The position numbers and the translations under genes were made by a program. A stretch of DNA of 64,000 bases from assembly GCA_044440125.1 (NCBI GenBank), contig JBITAJ010000015.1, forward strand, positions 32,001-96,000, in the 5' to 3' direction. Shown piece after piece: positions 55,092 through 64,000 of the stretch. Below the pieces are notes generated by a model. It was not told the DNA's origin and searched no databases. It worked only from the letters and a program-made list of their open reading frames with translations. The DNA comes from Sedimentisphaeraceae bacterium JB056 (lineage in GTDB: Bacteria; Planctomycetota; Phycisphaerae; Sedimentisphaerales; Sedimentisphaeraceae). The first letter of the stretch is position 1; the number at the start of each line of letters is the position of its first letter.

Positions 55092-57329
55092 TTATGACTG
55101 CGGCTGTGTTGTCATGTTGCTTACCACTGGTGTTTGAGGAGAAAAATGCTTATTAAGTTTATCAACAACAATGAGCAGGTATTTAGTCATAGTATAGTGG
55201 CCCGCATCATACCATATTATATTGGCGTTGGATTTCGAAGCTAAGGATTGAGCACATTGCGGCGGTATAACCTTGTCGGTTTTACCGTTTATCATAAGTA
55301 TATTGGTATTGTGAAGCCTTTGAGCGTAATTGAGCGGTTCTATGGGCTGAAGTATTGCCTGAAGTTGATCACGGGTTACCTGATATTTTTCGATCGCCTT
55401 TTGTGCGAATTTGACTTCGCTGCAACCGGTGCTCAGGACTGTTGCAATATCTCCTCCGGCTAAGATTGTTGCGGCCTTGCTGAATCGTCCGTCAACTCCG
55501 GCACTTAACGCAGCTATTATTCCGCCAAGACTTGTGCCGCAGATTCCGATGTTGCTGCTGTCTATATTTTCCATACTTTCGAGCCAGCGAGCGGTTCGTC
55601 TTACATCTATAACACTCTGCTCTACTGCATTTATGAACTTGTCGAATTGCCCATCAAAGTCAGGTCTGTTACCATTGGGGTTGCGTTTGCCGTAATATGG
55701 CAGCGTCATTATGCATGAGTTTATTCCTTCGTTCGCTAATGAGTTTGCTATCAGTCTTGATATCATCATTGAGCCGTCAAGTACATCAAGCAAAACGACA
55801 GCGGGTCGTTTACCTTCTGTTTTGCAGTCGTAATATTCGCAGTAAACAGTATTGTTGGCTTTATCATCGCTTTCATAGGCTGATTGGAAAGAGACTTCAT
55901 ACACTTTGTATTTATTGGTTTCACCTGCGGTATTTAACTTCATACAGTAGTCAAAGGCTTCTGGTTTGACCTTATAGATATCAAGCAATGATTGAAGCTG
56001 CTTTTCATCGCAAGCAGGCCAATCCCTGAAAAGCTCCTTTTCAACAGTACCGTTTATAATCTCTGATGAGTTGTTTTCTGTGGTTTTAGATTTTGTCTTG
56101 GGTAACTGATTGTGATTCTCTATTATGTTGTTTGTCAGGTTGCTGGCATCGAGAATTGAGAGCAATTTGTTGAGATTGTATTTGTAGTAGGGTTGGCTGT
56201 GTGCAGCAAAGTTTTTTGTTGTTGTCGCATTTGCCGCATTTGATATCCAAAGCTCAAGTTTCTCAGGAGCAAACAGAACTCTGTGCAGACAGCTTTTCAT
56301 TGCAACAGGGCGGTTCATTAAATCAAGAGCTTTTTCAGTGTCTATTTTGCCGTAGTCCTGTTTTACTTTTGATACGAGATTTTTGTATCGCTCATCAGCA
56401 CTTAACAGTACGCAGTCTTTCAGAGGTGTTGGCAGTTTTTCATGTTTTTCGCCGGGCAGTATAGTCTCGAATATTTCAGGCGTACACGCAAGCCCTCTTG
56501 CATCAGGTATTTTGCCGTCAGATATTACATAATAGTATTCGCATGTACGAGCAGTGTCACGGAACAGTTTGACAGCCTGCTGGAGAGTTGAGGTTTCTTC
56601 GAGTGCTTTTCGTATCAGGAAGCTCATTGGCATACCATCCCAATTGCCTTCTCCTTTGCCTCCCATTTCACCTATTGCAATCTGCTTTGAATTCATGCCT
56701 GTAACAGAGCCTAGAAAACCGGCATAACCTACAGTTGCAAAGCTGTTGAAGCCGTCTGGCTTGGCGATTGTCAGGATGGCTACATTCTGCAGTCCTATTT
56801 CAGTCATATAATCAAGGATACGCCCATGAAGCAATGTTCCATTTTTTGTTGAATCTCCGAAAAGAGCGAAGCCGCTGCAATGGAATAGCTCTGGGAATAT
56901 ATTGGCGAGCTGAACATCTTCGAGAGGCAATTCTGCACCATCTGCAAGTCCCTGCATCTCTTCAAGGTAACGTTTGTCAATATGTTTGACGCATCTGTTG
57001 AATGCTTCTTTGATACTGCCGAGGTGGAAGTTCTTTTTGTTTGAAGCTTCTGCTACTCTTGTTACTGTCAATACGGTTGAAACAAGTTTCTGTGTTTCTT
57101 TCTTGAGAAGCCTGCCTTGCTGATAACCCATTTGATAGTTATTGCCTTCAAGCAGAAGCACCCGTTGGCCTGAGATATCCAGCAGCATCCCCTTGCCGTA
57201 CGTGTCGATTATCTTAGGCTCTGATTGCGGCATGACTGTTGCCGCTAAAATGGCTGAATTTAATATCGAAGGTACAAGTAATGATGCAATAATAAATGCA
57301 GTTATAATAGTTCTCTTTTGTAATTTCAT
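55092..57329 (-). CDS. secreted fusion of a C45 Ntn-hydrolase/acyltransferase and an alpha/beta hydrolase
   Basis: Signal peptide; MGYQQG, EEMQGLA, ELFHCSGFA, HGRILDY, VTGMN; C-terminal GTSLGG...D...AGH. Confidence 0.8.
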   Translation of the reverse strand: MKLQKRTIITAFIIASLLVPSILNSAILAATVMPQSEPKIIDTYGKGMLLDISGQRVLLLEGNNYQMGYQQGRLLKKETQKLVSTVLTVTRVAEASNKKNFHLGSIKEAFNRCVKHIDKRYLEEMQGLADGAELPLEDVQLANIFPELFHCSGFALFGDSTKNGTLLHGRILDYMTEIGLQNVAILTIAKPDGFNSFATVGYAGFLGSVTGMNSKQIAIGEMGGKGEGNWDGMPMSFLIRKALEETSTLQQAVKLFRDTARTCEYYYVISDGKIPDARGLACTPEIFETILPGEKHEKLPTPLKDCVLLSADERYKNLVSKVKQDYGKIDTEKALDLMNRPVAMKSCLHRVLFAPEKLELWISNAANATTTKNFAAHSQPYYKYNLNKLLSILDASNLTNNIIENHNQLPKTKSKTTENNSSEIINGTVEKELFRDWPACDEKQLQSLLDIYKVKPEAFDYCMKLNTAGETNKYKVYEVSFQSAYESDDKANNTVYCEYYDCKTEGKRPAVVLLDVLDGSMMISRLIANSLANEGINSCIMTLPYYGKRNPNGNRPDFDGQFDKFINAVEQSVIDVRRTARWLESMENIDSSNIGICGTSLGGIIAALSAGVDGRFSKAATILAGGDIATVLSTGCSEVKFAQKAIEKYQVTRDQLQAILQPIEPLNYAQRLHNTNILMINGKTDKVIPPQCAQSLASKSNANIIWYDAGHYTMTKYLLIVVDKLNKHFSPQTPVVSNMTTQPQS

Positions 57330-57468
57330 ATTTATTCCTTAAAGATAACAATATGTTAAACGCTACATTTATTAATACACTAATCAATCGATATCGTTAC
57401 AATTTTTTGTTATTTGTTGTAGAAAATAAGGGAATCTCAAGTGGTTATTGTTTCTGTATAGCGAATAA

Positions 57469-57507
57469 GAAAAGGTGCGGCAATCTCTGGGACTGCCGCA
57501 CCTTTTT
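57469..57507. terminator. rho-independent terminator
   Basis: aaaaggtgcggca-loop-tgccgcaccttttt. Confidence 0.8.
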
Positions 57508-57541
57508 AAGTTAAATAGTGTATTAATCTATTTAAGTTTGT

Positions 57542-60500
57542 TTAATTTGTGTAATATATTGTTCCTGCCGAACCGGCTGACCCACGTCGTGAAGCCTCGT
57601 AAGTGGATGCTTCTCCGCCGGCACCACCGGTAGATGATAATTGTGACAGGCCGCTTAGGGTTCCTGTACTCTGACTTACTCCATTGACAATAAGAGTATC
57701 GGCTATGATGGCAATTCTTCCGCCACCGCCACCGCCGCCACCGCAGCCAGGCTTGTATGAAACTCCGCCGTCGCCGCCATCTACATTTAAGAGGGCGTTA
57801 GCATTTATTACCACGTCTGAAGCAGATTCAAGTACGATAGCACCGCCGCTGCCGCCAGCACCACTTCGGTATGATATTACAGTGTTATATCCACCATCGC
57901 CGCCAGTTGCATTTATTGTGCCGGTTATGGTAATATCGCCATCTGCATCAATCTTGATGGCTCCGCCACCAGCGCCACCTGCTCCGCCGCCGCCGGCATT
58001 ACCGCCGCCTCCGGCACCGCCGCTGCCGCCTTGCAGGGTTGAGACTGTAAGATTACCGTAAGTTGAGCCGCCTGCTCCGCCATAGCTGGCATTGTATGCT
58101 CCCTGGCCTCCAAGCCCTCCGAAGCCGCCACCGCCACCGGCGTTCCAGTCTGCAGTGCTGGCTGTTCCGCCGCCAGAGCCAGAACCGTTAGCTCCCAGTC
58201 CGGAGTTGGCTGCTCCGCCGTTTCCACCTGAGCTGCCACCTAATACACCTGCGGCACCTGTGCCGCCAGATGTAGAGTCGTTGCCTGAAACATCTATGGT
58301 GCCGTCTATGTCAACATTACCGGATGCCCTTAGTATGAGAGGGTTTACTCCTGTAACTGTAACAGTTGAGCCGCTTTGGATATCCAGGTCGCCGAAGTAG
58401 AATGTCGCAATACTTCCGGCTACATTACCATCTACATTTGTTCCACTATTTATAGAATAAGTTCCATTAGTGGTATCAAAAGCGATATTGTCGCTACTTG
58501 TTACAGTTACTGCTTTACCACTAGAGTAGGCCGTGCCATCGGAACCGTCATCACCTTTACGTGTTGGATCAAGATCCGAAACATCGCCACCAATACCACC
58601 ATTTACTTCAAATGCTGTTAGGCTATCAATGTTACCTACGTCTTGTGTTGTGCCAGCTACGATAAGGCTGGCTGCTGCTATAGCTATACGGCCTCCGCCG
58701 CCACCGCCGCCGCCAGAACCGACTTTGTACAGGTCTCCACCGTCTCCGCCGTTTGCGCTTAGAGTAATATTGCTTGCTATTGTGACACTGTTTCCAGCAT
58801 CAAGGACTATTGCACCGCCTGAGCCGCCAGCTCCACCGCGATAGGAGATAGTCGTGTTGTATCCGCCATCGCCGCCATCGGCATTAATGTCGGCATTGAT
58901 TGAGATATCTTGGCCTGCTACGATTTTGATAGCTCCGCCACCGGCACCGCCAGCACCGCCGCCTCCGGAATTACCACCGCCTCCTGCACCACCGCTGCCA
59001 CCTTGCAGGGTTGAGACTGTAATGTCGCCGTAAGTTGAACCGCCGGCACCACCGTAATTGTCTTGAAGGTGTCCGTCGCCACCAGAGCCGCCGAAACCAC
59101 CGCCGCCGCCGGCTTGATAGTATTTTGAACTTGGCTGGCCTGCTCCTGAGCCAGATCCTGCTGAACCCAAGCCTGTGTTTGCAGTGCCTCCATCGCCGCC
59201 GGCGCCACCGCCAGGACTCGCTGATGCTCCGGTTATACCGGTTATGGCATCAGCACCTGATACATCAATGCTGCTGCTGATATCGATGTCTTCTGCCGCT
59301 ACTAACTTTATAGCGTTTGTTCCTGTTACAGTAACGGTTGATCCGGATTGGATATTCAAATCGTTAAAACTGTATGTAGCAATACCGTTGGCAATAGAAC
59401 CTGATACCGCAGAACCACTATTTATGGAGTAGGTTCCGGCAGAGGTATCAAAGGCTATTGTATCGCTGCTTGTGATAACTACGTTTTCGTTTGTGCTAAA
59501 GCTCCAGACTTCACCTACGGCAATTACATTGCTGTTGGGGTCTATTGTATCAACAGCCCAGTAGTAGGTGGTATCTGGGCTCAGTGATATGCTTGAGTAA
59601 CTCGCAGTGCTGACATTGCCTTGATATGTTTCGCCTGTACCGTTGGTTACATCTGTAAGGTTTGTTCCAAAATATACATCGTAGGAATCTGCCCAGACAG
59701 AGTCATCCCATGATAGGGTGGATGTGATGTTTACAATATCATTGACATCAGGGTTAGGGTTTGTTGCTGATTTTCTTGTTAGAACTTCGCCTGTATTGTA
59801 GTAGAGCAGGTCATTGATAGTACTGGTGTTGTAGGTTGCAGAAGCATCGTAGCTTTCACGGTTTGACCAGTGGTCTTTTATGACCTTACGGTATTTATCT
59901 TTAATAGGCATTGAAATACGATAGCTATCAGTGTATAGACCAATGTCTTCAAATGGGATATCCGGAGCCCATGTTGGTGCAGGACTTGCAAATTCGAAAT
60001 TCAGACAATTCGGATCTGTAAATACGCTCATTGCTATATCGCGGTTATCACTTGCACTGACCATTGAGACGGTACTGATGTCGTTAGTTGCCGAACTCCA
60101 ACTGTATCGCCATTCAAAATTATTCGTATTACCGTAGAACATATTGTCATCAAAGTTACATTCTATCGGCCACATACGTCCATCTGTGCCGGTTTGGTTC
60201 ATGACGGTTTTGAATAATGGATAAGCGATATCCCAGGGGTTGTACTTCCAGCCTTCTACTCCAACAACTTGTTCGGTTCTCCAAATGTAATCGCCGACAT
60301 CGCCACGTGTATAGCCTGGGTCACCTGCATCGTAATGAGCTAAATCATCATATGCATCCTGAGCGTAGCTTTCTGTTTGATATACTCCAATGTAGCCATC
60401 AAGGAATACATTGTTTATAACGCTATGTCCGGCTCCGCCGTTAAGCAAGATTGCTCTATGCGCGGCTTTGTAGAATACGTTTTCGGAGAATATGTCTCCA

Positions 60501-62716
60501 GCATCCTGCTGATCGGCATACATTCCACCTTTTGTATGAGCTTGGGGCACGCACATTAAGTGGTGCAGGAAATTATGTTTCAGCAGGTTGTCGTATGTCC
60601 ACAGGTCGGCTGCCCAATAAATTGCACCGCCATCGCCTTCTTCAATCTGGACATTGAATATTTCATTTTGTTCTATTTCGTTTTCACAACCTGTAGCTGT
60701 CATAACCTGACCAATAAAGTTGTGGACGAGGTTGTTTTTGAATATATTCCCTACGCCGTCAATATTAATGCTGCCGTAAAAATCTTTTGCCTGAATTTGT
60801 GTGAAGTGGCAGTTTTTAACGTAATTACCTGCTGCAGTAATAGTGTTTGGATCATGTACGCCGCCATCAAGTCTGACATGACTGCCGAGGTCGTACAAGT
60901 CGCAGCTAAGCATGCCGTTTTCTGTTCCTCCGGTGAAGTAAACGCCATATCTTGAACAGTTTCTTATTGTACTTCCCTTGATGCTGTTGTATGAGCCACC
61001 GTTAAAATGTATTACGCCTGTACCTGATGTTACGCCCTGTACAGTTATTCCTTCGATGTTTACATATGAACACTCATTCAGTTCAATAAGCCCCGGGCCA
61101 GCCCATACACCAAGTTCTGTTGAAGAATCCATTGTTTCGAGAGGGTAGATGAAAAGCTCATCATTAGCTTCATCATAATACCATTCTCCTGGAGCATCAA
61201 GTTCGCAAAGCAATTCATAGAACGCGATTCTGCGTGGAATGTCTTCCACGTCTATCATTCCATACCTGCTGTGTTCAAGAAGCTGTATTGTTCCATCAGA
61301 GGCTATGTCTGCAATGGTGTGGCTTTCTTTATACCAGTCATAAGACATATAACCTGTTATGCGGGCTTGCTGAGCGTTGCTGAATTCTGTATACCAATTA
61401 CCACTGGTTGTTTCAGAGATTTTGAATTCGGCTCCTATAGGATTTGTCATGCTGTATGTTGGTGCAGGTGGAAGGTCACGTCCTTCTGCCCAGATTGTTC
61501 CAGAGTCAACTATTTGTGATACATGGGCATAGCCAACGTTTGGAAAACGTGATACTCCGCACATCGTACCGTTGAAGGTTATATAGGCACCGTTTTGTGA
61601 AAGGGCGGTTTGTAAGTTGCTATCAGTTATAGAAGCACTGTACACATTGCCACGAGCTGAGGTGCAAAGCCTGTCAAGGTCTGCCTGTGCGGTTACTTCT
61701 GAAAAGTCAGTAGCGTCAAGCATAAGACTGCCGTCAAAAATCACAGTTTCACCACTGTATGGCTTGATTGTTACCGGTTTTCCGGATTCTCCTGATTCGG
61801 TAGAGTTGATGTATGTTGTTCTGTCAAAGTAATATGTGCCGCCTCGCAGATGAACATCAATTCCGCCTGTTGGTAATCCTGATTCATTTTTAATATCTCT
61901 TATTTTGCTTAAAGCCCCCTCTAATGTATTGACAGGTGAAGCTATTGTGCCGAGGTTGTAATCTTTTCCGGTTGTAGAGACATATATATCTGATACTGAA
62001 GTTAATGCGGAGTTATAATCTTTTACATAAGCATTGTCGATATATGTTCCAAGTACACCGCTGCCGCCTCTAAAATTCATTCGATTGGCCGTTGATACTT
62101 CTGTATCTACGTCGGTTCTGCCTGTATCGAAATTGGAAATTCCAGTTGGTATCTCTATGCCGCCTCTTGAAAGATTGTAGACATTGATAGTAGCATATTC
62201 GAAATCTGTTCCGGTAAGCCTCAGTGTCACTCTTAACCAGTCGCCTTTTTCCCAGTATGGACCGTAGTATGTGGCTGAGGCAAAGTTGTTGCCATAATAA
62301 GTTGTGCCACTTTCTCCTGCAGGGCGAATTGCGATGTAGCCGCTTGAGAAACCAACGCTTGGGAAGTAGGTTGTTGAACTTCTCAAATACATTCGCGTAT
62401 TAACTAAGGATGTCTGGTCTTCACGTATATCAAAACCGTACTCAACTCCATCACTGTTTGAAGGGTCGAGTAAAAAATTTACGCCGCTTGAATCATGACG
62501 AGTTGTTTTGTCATCGTATGTGTTTGACCATAGCGATCTGCCGCCGGTATAGTTGGAATCGGTCGTGGTTGCAACCACATTAAATCCAGTATTGGCTTCC
62601 CAGCTTTCCTGGCTTGTCAGGGTGCCAATTGAGAACGTATCGAAGTCCTCATTGAACCCGCCGCAACATATATTAACAACCAATAATACACTTAATAGAA
62701 ACAGTAATTGTTTCAT
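57542..62716 (-). CDS. large secreted beta-helix carbohydrate-active enzyme-like protein (GH141-like) with an Fn3-like module and two glycine-rich domains
   Basis: Signal peptide; YVSTTG.D...GT...P..TL, LRGGTY, ELDAPGEWYYD, beta-helix repeats; LSW...YDVYFGT...YYWAVD...GEVWSFST; duplicated ~320-aa Gly-rich domain. Confidence 0.8.
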   Translation of the reverse strand: MKQLLFLLSVLLVVNICCGGFNEDFDTFSIGTLTSQESWEANTGFNVVATTTDSNYTGGRSLWSNTYDDKTTRHDSSGVNFLLDPSNSDGVEYGFDIREDQTSLVNTRMYLRSSTTYFPSVGFSSGYIAIRPAGESGTTYYGNNFASATYYGPYWEKGDWLRVTLRLTGTDFEYATINVYNLSRGGIEIPTGISNFDTGRTDVDTEVSTANRMNFRGGSGVLGTYIDNAYVKDYNSALTSVSDIYVSTTGKDYNLGTIASPVNTLEGALSKIRDIKNESGLPTGGIDVHLRGGTYYFDRTTYINSTESGESGKPVTIKPYSGETVIFDGSLMLDATDFSEVTAQADLDRLCTSARGNVYSASITDSNLQTALSQNGAYITFNGTMCGVSRFPNVGYAHVSQIVDSGTIWAEGRDLPPAPTYSMTNPIGAEFKISETTSGNWYTEFSNAQQARITGYMSYDWYKESHTIADIASDGTIQLLEHSRYGMIDVEDIPRRIAFYELLCELDAPGEWYYDEANDELFIYPLETMDSSTELGVWAGPGLIELNECSYVNIEGITVQGVTSGTGVIHFNGGSYNSIKGSTIRNCSRYGVYFTGGTENGMLSCDLYDLGSHVRLDGGVHDPNTITAAGNYVKNCHFTQIQAKDFYGSINIDGVGNIFKNNLVHNFIGQVMTATGCENEIEQNEIFNVQIEEGDGGAIYWAADLWTYDNLLKHNFLHHLMCVPQAHTKGGMYADQQDAGDIFSENVFYKAAHRAILLNGGAGHSVINNVFLDGYIGVYQTESYAQDAYDDLAHYDAGDPGYTRGDVGDYIWRTEQVVGVEGWKYNPWDIAYPLFKTVMNQTGTDGRMWPIECNFDDNMFYGNTNNFEWRYSWSSATNDISTVSMVSASDNRDIAMSVFTDPNCLNFEFASPAPTWAPDIPFEDIGLYTDSYRISMPIKDKYRKVIKDHWSNRESYDASATYNTSTINDLLYYNTGEVLTRKSATNPNPDVNDIVNITSTLSWDDSVWADSYDVYFGTNLTDVTNGTGETYQGNVSTASYSSISLSPDTTYYWAVDTIDPNSNVIAVGEVWSFSTNENVVITSSDTIAFDTSAGTYSINSGSAVSGSIANGIATYSFNDLNIQSGSTVTVTGTNAIKLVAAEDIDISSSIDVSGADAITGITGASASPGGGAGGDGGTANTGLGSAGSGSGAGQPSSKYYQAGGGGGFGGSGGDGHLQDNYGGAGGSTYGDITVSTLQGGSGGAGGGGNSGGGGAGGAGGGAIKIVAGQDISINADINADGGDGGYNTTISYRGGAGGSGGAIVLDAGNSVTIASNITLSANGGDGGDLYKVGSGGGGGGGGRIAIAAASLIVAGTTQDVGNIDSLTAFEVNGGIGGDVSDLDPTRKGDDGSDGTAYSSGKAVTVTSSDNIAFDTTNGTYSINSGTNVDGNVAGSIATFYFGDLDIQSGSTVTVTGVNPLILRASGNVDIDGTIDVSGNDSTSGGTGAAGVLGGSSGGNGGAANSGLGANGSGSGGGTASTADWNAGGGGGFGGLGGQGAYNASYGGAGGSTYGNLTVSTLQGGSGGAGGGGNAGGGGAGGAGGGAIKIDADGDITITGTINATGGDGGYNTVISYRSGAGGSGGAIVLESASDVVINANALLNVDGGDGGVSYKPGCGGGGGGGGRIAIIADTLIVNGVSQSTGTLSGLSQLSSTGGAGGEASTYEASRRGSAGSAGTIYYTN
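57545..59482 (-). repeat. intragenic tandem duplication of a ~320-codon glycine-rich domain
   Basis: Units start VVITSSDTIAFDT (59482) and VTVTSSDNIAFDT (58510); shared YGGAGGSTYG..TVSTLQGGSGGAGGGGN, ISYR, GGGGGGGRIAI. Confidence 0.85.
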
Positions 62717-63179
62717 TATTTATCTCCTTATTTAGGTGAAACTCTTTCTATATCTTCTGCAGCTTCCTTGTAACATCGTAAGGAAACTATTACATTACAT
62801 ACGCACCTATTATCAACACCAACATGGTAAAGCCGGTGGAGGTATGCCGGTTATCTGCGCGAACCGGTGCTGTGAAGACTTAGGGTAAATAGTCACTATT
62901 AATTCCTCCTATAAATCTTTTAGGTTGTTCAGTGAAGTGAGGCAGTGGAGATTATTTATCAAAATTATTTTTATATAATTTCAGTTATGCGTTTATTTTT
63001 TCTAATGTAATCAAACAGCTCTTGGCGTCATTTGACATTAGTGTTATACCGTAGTGTTTTTATCTTCAGGTGTTAGGCCTGCTGCTCCGATCAGCTCTGC
63101 TGTGAGTGTAGATTTCTTCTCAGTAAAATTCTGAATGGTTTGCAGGCAGGTATTATTTACGATTTTTGCGCATAAATAA

Positions 63180-63209
63180 CACTCATTGCCGAATGAACGG
63201 CAATGAGTG
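63180..63209. terminator. 12-bp stem-loop downstream of the last gene
   Basis: cactcattgccg-aatgaa-cggcaatgagtg. Confidence 0.5.
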
Positions 63210-63277
63210 CTCAGAACAAATTTTGTTTGTTAGTCCGATAAGTTTCCTCCTTAAAAAAACTTCGGGTTTATTATGTT

Positions 63278-64000
63278 TCAGGACACAAGCATCCCTTTAT
63301 TTTTTATATTGTCGCATTGTAGGCCTAAGAGCCTCATTGCGAACATTTTAGCCGTTGGGTTTGTAGAGGTTCTTCCGGCAATATTCAGTTGATTAACTAT
63401 GAAGGAACCTTTGCCGTGTTTCTTCTCTCCGCAAGCAATAACCTGACACCAGTTTGAGTTGTCATCAGCGTTTCCGGCGTTAAGTATCGGCTTGATATCG
63501 TCACCAGTAAATGTCGTCTCTACTACCGGAGATATCATATCGGCTGACGGATCGTACCAATAGTTGAAATCGAATTCTTTGAATCCTTCAACCAGTTCAT
63601 GGTTTGTTTTTCTTGATACGAAATGAAGCGGATTGAATCGGCTGCTTTTGACATCTATAATGCTTCCGGCTATATCGTACTTGTCTTCATTGACAAGCCC
63701 CATGAAAATAGCAGTGGCACCATTTGATACCATTGTGTCTATCTGTTTCTTGTTATCAAGATAATCAGTGTAGTCACTTATTATTATAATATCACTGTTT
63801 CCTAACGGTACATTTTTCAAACCTATTTCATTCGCCAGCTTTTTGCCGGGGCCGTTATGTCCGATTACCGAGACTTCTGTATCAGGAATTTCTATTTGCG
63901 GGAATACTTCAATGTCAGCATAATTATCATTCACCAACTTACCATTGTTGTCAATGATAGCGATTTGAAGTTTCATTTCCTGTCTGTTATCAATTTCAGG
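63278..64000 (-). CDS. C-terminal part of a large protein truncated by the window edge, probably a glycoside hydrolase (GH2-like C-terminus)
   Basis: Frame open to base 64000; HELVEGF...DFNYWYD, GKGSFIVNQL, NPTAKMF tail; catalytic part not visible. Confidence 0.5.
   Translation of the reverse strand, partial: PEIDNRQEMKLQIAIIDNNGKLVNDNYADIEVFPQIEIPDTEVSVIGHNGPGKKLANEIGLKNVPLGNSDIIIISDYTDYLDNKKQIDTMVSNGATAIFMGLVNEDKYDIAGSIIDVKSSRFNPLHFVSRKTNHELVEGFKEFDFNYWYDPSADMISPVVETTFTGDDIKPILNAGNADDNSNWCQVIACGEKKHGKGSFIVNQLNIAGRTSTNPTAKMFAMRLLGLQCDNIKNKGMLVS

Noticed and set aside
57684..59432. Pro-rich plus-strand ORFs, or a PE-PGRS/collagen call for the GGC-rich tract
   Set aside because: Pro-rich ORFs are the antisense of Gly codons; there is no PE domain or strict Gly-X-Y periodicity

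Overview
Bacterial chromosomal window, most likely from a planctomycete of class Phycisphaerae (Sedimentisphaerales-like). This is inferred from prepilin/H-X9-DG proteins, PEP-CTERM proteins, Cys-containing dockerin-like C-terminal tags, GLUG proteins and a long ACP. I found no rRNA, tRNA, CRISPR array or transposase. Housekeeping genes (class V aminotransferase, hppA, an EF-G paralog, purM, purF, argG) are interleaved with accessory loci. The most notable are: (1) a five-gene type II FAS/PKS module with an active KS, a Cys-to-Glu chain-length-factor-like KS, two complementary FabZ-like dehydratases and a 130-aa ACP; (2) an AT-rich AvcD-type anti-phage dCTP deaminase inserted after the EF-G paralog, with no room upstream for an AvcI RNA; (3) a LacI-bracketed, pilin-headed polysaccharide utilisation locus lacking SusC/D, whose secreted proteins share a Cys-flanked single-EF-hand C-terminal tag, with two operators 84 bp apart and intergenic stem-loops; (4) an ECF sigma factor coupled to a TM-vWA-SHOCT protein; (5) a kinase-phosphatase-glycosyltransferase operon; (6) an unannotated 56-aa gene behind a perfect 18-bp palindrome; (7) a structured leader upstream of the EF-G paralog; (8) ArgG with a histone-H1-like tail. 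All calls come from reading motifs by eye; no database search or folding program was run.
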